From Phycisphaerae bacterium (lineage in GTDB: Bacteria; Planctomycetota; Phycisphaerae; UBA1845; Fen-1342): 64,000 bases of DNA. Of this stretch, positions 39,716 to 47,900 are shown one piece after another. The stretch lies in NCBI GenBank assembly GCA_050115495.1, contig JASFQK010000013.1, positions 32,001 to 96,000 of the forward strand. The letters are read 5' to 3'. The notes under the pieces are model-generated. The model worked only from the letters and a program-made list of their open reading frames with translations, made no database searches and was not told the origin of the DNA. The number at the start of each line of letters is the position of its first letter. Position 1 is the first letter of the stretch. The position numbers and the translations under genes are program-made.

Positions 39716-41473
39716 CTATGGCGCATCACGCAGCCACGTGCTCCGTCCCTCCCCCGTTAACCCCGGCTCATAGACCAGCACCGCCGTGCCTTGCGCGCCG
39801 CTCAGTGCCTGCATGTATATCTCGTCGACGCTGGGCAGAGCCAGCGGTGCCGCCGCCCAGGACGTTCCGTCGTACAGCAGGGATGTCAATTGCCAGGTGC
39901 CACCAACGTCCGTCATCGTCGTTGCCACTGCCTTGTCCGCGTCATAGAAACACACCCGCGTGCGCGTCCGCGTGAAGAATGGCTCACCCAGGCTGTAAGG
40001 CAGGTGATACTCAACAGGGCCCCAACCGACTCCGGCACGATAACGCACCGTGTGCGTCCAGGCTCCCCAGGGCTGCCCGTCTACCTCGTTGCCGGAGACG
40101 AAGGCTGCAATGATGTCGCCCGCCGCGTTGACGTCGATATCGCCCCATGGTTCCAGCGATTCGCTGTCGCCATCAACTTTGACCAGCTCCTCAGGCGCCT
40201 GCCAGACGCCTTGATCCGTGCGGCTTGCGCACAGTGTGGCGGCTTCCAGGTTGTAGACTCTCCGCTTCATCCAGAGCATGGTCGCCTCGCCAGCGTCGTC
40301 GACGACGACCAGCTTCTGCCCTAGTGCGCCGCTTTGCGCAGTGGCAGGAATCAGTTGCGGTGCGGACCACGTCCTGGTAGCCAGATCGAGCCGATGGGCA
40401 TAGTAGGCTGCCTGAGGATATGTGATTCGGCGATCGGAGAGATACTTCTGGTAGAGCAGGTACACGGCCATGCCCGAGCGATTACCGACCACCTCCGGGT
40501 TCGACATGAGTCCTGAACGCGCCCCGAACGGAATCGGAAGCTCGGTCCAGGTGCCCGCGGCCGCATCGTAATACATCGAAAGGGCGGACGAGCCCTCCGC
40601 GGTGCCGACGAGTTGAAGCACCAGAACCACGTTCCCATCTGCGTCTGCCGCTGCCGAGGCGATGCTATCTGTGTTTCCGGAAATCGCCGCATTCGCGCAC
40701 ACCACGGTCGGTGTCAACCAACCGGTCCCGGGTTCGTACCGGACGGCGTACATCGTCTGGACGTCGTTTGGCCTGCCTGTCGCGAATACGGTCAGGTTAT
40801 CGGAGGGGTCGAGCGCATAGGTGATGTAGGCAACGTCCACATCCTCAACGCTCAGGATGGGTACGGCGTCACCGAAAGTCTCATGACCCTCGGATCGACG
40901 AGCGAGAATGCCGAGGTGGTCGTTCACGTTGGCGCTGTAGAAGAGCCATGCGTGACGCAATCCCTGAACGCTGTTGTTCTCAAAGGCGACGCCGAAGTGG
41001 GATATCGAGCCAAGTGATTGCAGTGCACTCCAGTGGGCAGCACCACGCTGCTCTGTCGCTCCGTGATCGCCGTTCTCGCCGTGATCCGCGCCGGCGTTGC
41101 CGTGCGACCCGGGAGCGTACTGCTTCGCAGCCAGGATACGCCCACCGAGCACGTCGATGATCTGGCCATTATCCAACTCAATCATTCGGTCGCTCAGACG
41201 GCTCCACGACGGTGTTGTCCGCCCGTACGTAGGCATGCGCCAGGCCGTTGTGCCGTCCGGCCGGACCGCCTTCAAGATGCCCGGCTCGGCAACGAGGCTG
41301 ATCCCCTCCGAGAACCCCTGTTTCTGGGTTGCTGCGGGTGCCGGTGCGGCAGCCCCTCCGATCTGACCGCCCGATGCCGGCCCGTCCTTTGGCGGCGCCG
41401 CGAGCGCCGTCGCCAGCGCGGCCGCTGCCGACACTAGCGCGACCACTGCCCAAATACCAGTACTACTTCTCAC
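39716..41473 (-). CDS. Secreted beta-rich protein; paralogue of 34346-36034
   Basis: MRS start, LDNG, ARRSEGHETFGD, RVCFYDADKAVATT, GAQGTAVL, TWLR. Confidence 0.82.
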   Translation of the reverse strand: MRSSTGIWAVVALVSAAAALATALAAPPKDGPASGGQIGGAAAPAPAATQKQGFSEGISLVAEPGILKAVRPDGTTAWRMPTYGRTTPSWSRLSDRMIELDNGQIIDVLGGRILAAKQYAPGSHGNAGADHGENGDHGATEQRGAAHWSALQSLGSISHFGVAFENNSVQGLRHAWLFYSANVNDHLGILARRSEGHETFGDAVPILSVEDVDVAYITYALDPSDNLTVFATGRPNDVQTMYAVRYEPGTGWLTPTVVCANAAISGNTDSIASAAADADGNVVLVLQLVGTAEGSSALSMYYDAAAGTWTELPIPFGARSGLMSNPEVVGNRSGMAVYLLYQKYLSDRRITYPQAAYYAHRLDLATRTWSAPQLIPATAQSGALGQKLVVVDDAGEATMLWMKRRVYNLEAATLCASRTDQGVWQAPEELVKVDGDSESLEPWGDIDVNAAGDIIAAFVSGNEVDGQPWGAWTHTVRYRAGVGWGPVEYHLPYSLGEPFFTRTRTRVCFYDADKAVATTMTDVGGTWQLTSLLYDGTSWAAAPLALPSVDEIYMQALSGAQGTAVLVYEPGLTGEGRSTWLRDAP

Positions 41474-41786
41474 TGCTTTCCTCCTTCATATTGGAGAGGC
41501 TCGAGAGCGCCGCTCGCGGCTCCACAGCCGCCACGGCTTTCAGAGGTGGGATTCGCCCCGCGGCCCGATCGGCACCGGGCCTCAATTTGGCAGGGGCCCG
41601 GCGCTTCATCGCCAAGTCGGCGACGAAACCGCTCACGCCCGGACAGCCTAGTGAATGGCAAGTGCACCTACTTCGTCCTTCGTTCCCGTGTGGCTGCCCG
41701 GCTTCGCCCAGAGGCCGGCCCCTCGGCGCGGGAGGTCCATGAGCTGCATGGAACCTGCTGGCGCCAGTGCCCATCCTGATATTCGC

Positions 41787-41815
41787 ACGTTAGTGAATTC
41801 TCCCTGAGAAAACAA
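41787..41815 (-). promoter_or_regulatory. sigma70-like promoter TTGTTT-N17-TAACGT overlapped by AATTCTC-cct-GAGAAAA
   Basis: Homologous to 36304-36332. Confidence 0.6.
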
Positions 41816-42050
41816 TCCGAAAATCGTAAAAACATGGATTATCGAGACTACGCCTCCAGGCCGTCGGTGTCGAATGAGATTTCTGCCGGGGAAGCAACTC
41901 GGGCACTGGAGTGCCGGGAAACTGCGATCGAGCGTTTAATGGCTTATTTTTCAAGGACGGCGATCCCGGAGAGGCTGTCGCACAAGGATGTCTTCCTCGC
42001 CTAGCAGCCAAGAGGTCGCGTCATGGGGGCAGGTGGGCGTGTCTGTATCA

Positions 42051-42067
42051 GATTCTCACTGAGAATC
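42051..42067. promoter_or_regulatory. Perfect palindrome GATTCTC-act-GAGAATC upstream of paralogue D
   Basis: 7-bp perfect arms; followed by the same ATCnnAAAATC tail as the other two sites. Confidence 0.65.
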
Positions 42068-42143
42068 GCATCTAAAAATCACCATTCTAAATGGACTCTT
42101 CGAAAATCTACTTTACAATGATGCGGAGAGGAGAGCACAAACA

Positions 42144-43400
42144 ATGAGGACGGCAATCAACCTGGAAGTCGGCGGACCGAGCGATCATTCCGTCGGCGAG
42201 CTCATCTGTGACGTCGGGCGCGAACTGAGCAGCGCTTTCGACGAGTTGATTGCAGTGCTTCCGGAATCCGCTCGGAGACCACAACCGTTGGCCCAGTTGC
42301 TCGGCCTCGACAGGAACACCGCCCATCGGTTAATGACGGCGATCCGCAAGGGCGACCCCTTGGCCACCGTTCACGCGATACCCGGCCCGGAGCCGCTGCG
42401 CCGCGTGACGGCGGGCGCGCGACGCCACTTCGTTCCCACCCCGATTGCGGAGCGCGCTGAAAGAGCGATTGGGGCCTTTGAGGCGCTGATCAACAATGAG
42501 GGCGGCGACCGCGCCGGACTCGACGCGATCATCAGCGCCTGGTTACCGGACGCACGCCGCCGCTTCGAGCGGCTGGCCAAGCAGTGGGTCTACCGTGGCG
42601 CCCGGCAGGTCAAGGGGCTGGCCGCGGATGTCAATTTCACCGCACATATGATCCATCCGGCGAGCGCACTGTGGTGCGATGCAGTGGACGTCTTCGGCTA
42701 CCTGGGACTTCAGCGGATTCGGCCTGAGGCTTCGTTGCGATTGGGGGTCTTCAGCGGTTCGACACACCTTGAGGCCGGGCCACGCACGCTCAACGGCGAG
42801 CTCATCCAGGATCCGCATGAAATCCTGTGGCCGGAATACTGCTCACGCCCGCCGGTCGAGTTGACTGTGCACCAGATCCCGGAGGGCAGCAGGCGGGTCT
42901 ATGAGCTGAAGTGGCACAAGGCTGTTGGTGTGAGCTCTGCCCGAGACATCGTCATGCGGGAGTACATGTCGCAGGCAATCCGGCGGTGCCGGAATCCGGA
43001 GACGGGACTGCGGAAGGCTGCGATCGAGGATTGTGTCGCTGTGCCGACGAAGGCAATGATCCTTGACGTGCTGTTGCACAAGGACGTCTTTCCCGCCTGG
43101 CAACCGCAGGTCCGCATCATGGAGACCGGTGCCCGCGGCCACGCCGACCCCAACGATCCGACGCGTGATTTCGACATCCTGCCGCTGCTCGAGCGCATCG
43201 AGCCGCTCGGCCGCGGCGTCGGACGTTTTCGGGCGGAGGAGATCCCGCACTACGTGGAGATGCTGGCGGAAGTGTGCGCCATCCGCGGCTGGAACCCTGA
43301 CGACTTCCGCGGTTACCGAACCAGGATTGAGTTCCCCGTGTTCAGCTCGCTGGTTCAGTTCGTCGTCGACTTGCCGGACCCACCGTCATCCGCTACGTGA
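42144..43400 (+). CDS. Uncharacterised HTH-like putative regulator, paralogue D
   Basis: PQPLAQLLGLDRNTAHRL; C-terminal half nearly identical to paralogue C. Confidence 0.82.
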   Translation: MRTAINLEVGGPSDHSVGELICDVGRELSSAFDELIAVLPESARRPQPLAQLLGLDRNTAHRLMTAIRKGDPLATVHAIPGPEPLRRVTAGARRHFVPTPIAERAERAIGAFEALINNEGGDRAGLDAIISAWLPDARRRFERLAKQWVYRGARQVKGLAADVNFTAHMIHPASALWCDAVDVFGYLGLQRIRPEASLRLGVFSGSTHLEAGPRTLNGELIQDPHEILWPEYCSRPPVELTVHQIPEGSRRVYELKWHKAVGVSSARDIVMREYMSQAIRRCRNPETGLRKAAIEDCVAVPTKAMILDVLLHKDVFPAWQPQVRIMETGARGHADPNDPTRDFDILPLLERIEPLGRGVGRFRAEEIPHYVEMLAEVCAIRGWNPDDFRGYRTRIEFPVFSSLVQFVVDLPDPPSSAT

Positions 43401-43434
43401 GGTCCTGCCGGTGTCTTGCCGGGGGGCTTGCGAT

Positions 43435-43525
43435 CGGAGAGGGGGGGATTCGAACCCCCGGTAGAGCTTTGACGCCCTACGACGGTTTAGCAAACCGTTG
43501 CCTTCAGCCACTCGGCCACCTCTCC
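43435..43525 (-). tRNA. tRNA-Ser (GCT)
   Basis: GGAGAGG acceptor stem, ACGGT-TTGCTAA-ACCGT anticodon arm, long variable arm, GGTTCGAATCC; CCA not encoded. Confidence 0.95.
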
Positions 43526-43768
43526 AGGCGGCGGCGGGCGTGCCCGGCGGGCCGCGTCCGCATGCGCTCGGACCAGCATACCGCCGACCCGGGCCCCGGA
43601 CAAGCCCGCTGGCCGGCCGAGTGCCGGGCCTGCGGTCGCGACTCGGTACCGTGGCGCATAAAATGCCGTTTTTCGGCGACCGATGGGACCCCGGTTCCCG
43701 ATTGCTGCGGCGTCGCCGGCCGGCTCCCGCTTAGATGCGACGACCGACCAGGCACGAGGGACGCAACC

Positions 43769-44785
43769 ATGAAGCACCTGCCCGACCCACAGCTCAGCTT
43801 CGAGCCGCTGACACGCATGCTCTACGGTGCGATTCCGTCCAGGCTGTTGCTTGCGGCCATCGAGTTGGACGTGTTCTCGCACCTGACCCAGCCCCTGTCC
43901 GCCGAGGCGCTCGCCCCCCGGATGCACGCTTCGCCGGAGCGAGCAAGACCGTTCCTGGATGCGCTGGTTGCCAACGACCTGCTGGAGAAGCGCGCCGGCC
44001 GCTACGGCAATACGCCGATCGCGGAGGCCTTCCTCGTCAAAGGGCGGCCCACGTACCTCGGTGACGTGTTCCTCAACATCAGCGGGTACATGCAGCCCGC
44101 CTTCGAGGCGCTGACGGCGTTGGTCCAGGCCCGGCCGGCGCCACCCGGAGAGCCCCGCCAGCCGGGCGGGCCCGATCCGGAAACCCAGATCTACGCCAAC
44201 TACCAGCGCGCCGGCCGCGCGCAGCAGGCGGCGGCGATGATCAGCGAACTCCCCGAGTTTCCCCGCATGAGGAGGATGCTGGACCTGGGCGCCGGTGCCG
44301 GCCTCATCGGCCTGGCCATCGTCGCGGCCCATCCGACGATGACCGGCGTGCTCTTCGATCGGCCGGACGTCGTCCAGGTCGCGCAGCAGTACATCCACGA
44401 ATATGATCTGGCCGACCGCGTGACGACGATCGGCGGCGACTACGCGGTCGATCCGATCGGCGACGGTTACGACCTCATCTGGTCCAGCTACACGCTCAAC
44501 TTCCAGCGCGGCAATCTGGACCCGATCATGCACAAGATCCGCGCGGCCCTGACCCCTGGCGGCGTCTATGTCAGCATGTCCGAGGGCCTGACCCAGGACC
44601 GCACCAAGCCCGCCACGCTGGTCAACTCCATGCTGGCGCACAGCCTCGCCGGCAGCGAATTGACGTTCGACGACGGCGAGATCGCCCAGGCGATGCTGCG
44701 TGCCGGCTTTCGGTCCGTCCACAGCCGCCACGCGGCCAGCCCCTGCTGGCACGGCCCCGTGGTCGTCGACATCGCCCGACCATAG
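43769..44785 (+). CDS. SAM-dependent O-methyltransferase with N-terminal dimerisation domain
   Basis: AAIELDVFSHL, LDLGAGAG, LFDRPDV, GGDY, GYDLI, LTPGG. Confidence 0.9.
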   Translation: MKHLPDPQLSFEPLTRMLYGAIPSRLLLAAIELDVFSHLTQPLSAEALAPRMHASPERARPFLDALVANDLLEKRAGRYGNTPIAEAFLVKGRPTYLGDVFLNISGYMQPAFEALTALVQARPAPPGEPRQPGGPDPETQIYANYQRAGRAQQAAAMISELPEFPRMRRMLDLGAGAGLIGLAIVAAHPTMTGVLFDRPDVVQVAQQYIHEYDLADRVTTIGGDYAVDPIGDGYDLIWSSYTLNFQRGNLDPIMHKIRAALTPGGVYVSMSEGLTQDRTKPATLVNSMLAHSLAGSELTFDDGEIAQAMLRAGFRSVHSRHAASPCWHGPVVVDIARP

Positions 44786-44975
44786 CTGGACCGCCCCTCG
44801 CGGCTATGGGACCGTGCCTTGGGGCCTACGCCTGCCGACGGCTCGCCGTGACTTCGGGTAGTATCCCGGCCACCGTCGCCCTCTGACGCCGCGGCGCGTA
44901 GAATGACGTCTTTCGGCGACCGGCCGGGGTCGGACCCTGGCCCCCCGGCGTCGCCGCCGGCGCGTAACACCTGGC

Positions 44976-47900
44976 ATGGGGAATCCGTCGTTGGGCAGCG
45001 AGCTGTTCGCCAGCGGACTCGCGGACCACCGCGCGGTCGAGATTCCCGCGGAGCTCGACGCCGCTGCCCGTACGCGCTTCGTGACGCTCATCCGCACGGC
45101 GGTTGAGAAACAGGCGGCCCTCGCCAAGCAGCACCCCAAGATTCTCCGCGTCGATCCGCAGATCGAGGCCGACAAGCACCGCGTCGTGATCCGGCACGAG
45201 CCGGCCAGCCCGGCGGACGCCGCCGCCATCGTCGCCGCCGCGCCGCAGGCCGACCTGACGACGCTCTGGTGGGTCACCGCGTCGCTGGTGCCGGCCCTGG
45301 CCGCCGGTCACGAGCAGATGCTGGTCCACGGCGGCATCCACAATGGCGTGCTGTTCCTCGACCGTAGCGGTTGCCTCAAGGTCGGGGACTTCGGCATCGC
45401 GCCCGTGTACGAGGTCGTCTGCGGCGGGCGGGAACGCCGCCGCGTGGCCTGCATCATCGAGCCGGGCGGCGGGGCCGAGCGCGGCGCCAGCTCGGGGCGC
45501 TGGGCCCTGCTCACCGAGGACTCGCGGCGGCCGTACGGCTGGATCGCCCCGTATTTCTCGCACGAACTGCTGGAGAGCGAGGATCTCCGGCTCAACCCGA
45601 AATCCGACCAGTTCGCCCTGGGCACGCTGCTGTTCCTCTGGGCGACCGGCACGCACCCGTACGGCGCCGCCCTCGACGATCCATCGCTGAACTTCTACTT
45701 CCATTTCGAGCCGTTCGCCCTGGAGGAAGAGCGGCCGGAGTGGGCCGATGTCTTCAAGAAGCAGCGCAGCGGACTGACGTCTGCCACCGACCGCCCGCTG
45801 TGCGCCTGGGCCGATCTGGTCCGCCGGCTGCTCAGCAGCGAGCCGGCGGAGCGTTTCGCGAACATCAAGGAAGCGGGCGAGACGATCACCGAGCACGTTT
45901 CCGACTCGTGGGGTCGGGCGGTGCAGGCCATCAGCGCGGCCCTCGTGGACCTGGACGCCGGCCAGCCCGAGGCGTTTCTCACGCAGGTGGAGCCTTGTGC
46001 GGCTGACGACTCGCTGCCAGCGCCGTGGGCGACACGGCTGGCGGCGCTGGTCGCCGACGTGCAGGCCCAGAAGGACGTCATCATCCGCCGGAAGGAACTG
46101 GCGGCCCTGCTTCACCAGGCGGAAGAGACCTTTGCCAGTGGCGACCTGGAGCAGACCCGCCGGCTAGCCGAGGAAGCGGCCGCCGATCCGGCGGCGGACG
46201 ACGGGCTGCGGGACCGCAGCGCGGAGCTGCTCAGCGCCTGTCAGGAGCGCGAGGAGATCATCGAGCAGGCGGTTCGCGCCCAGGCCGACGAGGTCTTCAA
46301 CGCCGCCCGGCAGGCACTCGGTACGCAGGACTTCAACGATGCCCGACTCTGCCTCAATGCGCTCGTCCAGGACGAGGCCACGCCCGAGGCGATCATCCAG
46401 GAAGCTCGGCAGTTCCTCGATGAGATTGATCGCATCGAGCAGGACCACCGTCGCCGATCGGCCGAGTTGGACCAAGTCCGCCGCGACCTCTCCGGCGGTG
46501 AGCTGGATGCGGCGGAGCAGCGGCTGTCGGCACTGCGGGGTGAGGAGGGGCTTTCGGACGAGATGGCCGCGGCGGCCGGGCAGCTCGCGGATGAGATTGC
46601 GTCGCAGCGTGAGCGTCTGGCCGCCAGTCGGGCCGCACTGGACGCCGCCGAGTTGGCCTGGGAGGCCGCGGACCCGGCGGCGATGCAGGAAGCGCTCGCC
46701 GGCGTGTCGGCCGACCTCTGCGTCACGGAGATTGTGGAGCGGCACCAGGACCTCGCTGATCGTGCCGACGCCCTCGCCGCCACCATCGCGCAGCGGGACA
46801 CCGCAGAGCGCGTGCTCGCGGAAGGCAACGCGGCGGCGGCGGCAGCGGTGCTGGCCCGCGCCCTCGAAAACGCGACGTTGCCCGCCAGTCTCCGCCAGGA
46901 ACTGACCGAAGCCGCCGAGCACACGCAGGAAGTGCTCAGAGAGCAGCAGCAGCAGGCCGCGGACAACGCTCGCGATAGCCTGGCCCAGGCCGAGAGTGCC
47001 TTCGTCGCCGGCGACGAGGGCGCGGCCCGCGCGATCATCGAAGGCGTCGTGCTCGGCGCGCCGCATCTGCCCGACGAGCTGCGCAAGACCGCCGAGAAGT
47101 TGCAGGCTCGCTGCGACCGCTTCCGGGCGGCGACGGCGACGCTTGGCGAGATCGCCGACAAGCTGGGTCAGGATGAGCTCGATGCGGCGGCGGCATCGCT
47201 CGAACAGGTCGATACCGCCGGTTTGCCGGAGACGATCGAAACGCAGGCCGCCGACCTGCGACAGCAGCTTGCTGAGGCTCGCCGGCTTTTCGCCGAACGC
47301 CAGCGGGAGCGCCTGGCCGGTCAGATCGAAGACGCCGGCCGGCGGCTGGCCACGGGTGATGTCTCCGTCGAGCCGGTTCTGCGGGAAGTCGCGGGTTCGC
47401 CGCACTGCGACGCGGAGCTGACGAATCGCGTCGCCGCACTGCGGGCGGAGCTGGAGCAGGCGAAGGCCGTCACCAGCACGCTCGCCGCCGCCGAGGCCGC
47501 ACTCGCCCGGGACGATATCCAGGCGGCGCAGACGCTGCTCGCCAAGGGCGGCAAGGTCGAAGGCGAGCGGCTGGCGGCGCTGCCGGCGGAACTGCCCGGC
47601 TGGGCGATCAAGCGCGCCACCCAACTGCGGAAACGCATCGCCGAGGCTGAGGCCGAACGCCGCCGAAAGGTGCTGGCCGCGTGGCGGGCCGATCTCGAAG
47701 CTGCCGAAGCCGCGCTCAACGCCGGCGATCACGCCAAGGCGAAGCCGCTGCTGGCTCGTACCGGCAGCGATCTCGAACTGGACGAAGCACTGCATGCCCG
47801 ACAGGAGAAGCTGCAAGCGCTGGCCGCGGCGCTGGCGAAGTGCATGCCGCAGATCGAGGCCCTCGAGCAGCGCCTGCTTCAGGACGATGTTCACGCCGTC

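Noticed and set aside
43397..43768. N-terminal extension of the 462-aa methyltransferase ORF
   Set aside because: Overlaps tRNA-Ser antisense; RBS and domain start fit ATG 43769
46164..47894. Long antisense ORFs (this one, 14549-15961, 55874-57166 and others)
   Set aside because: Shadow frames expected in high-GC coding DNA; no motifs
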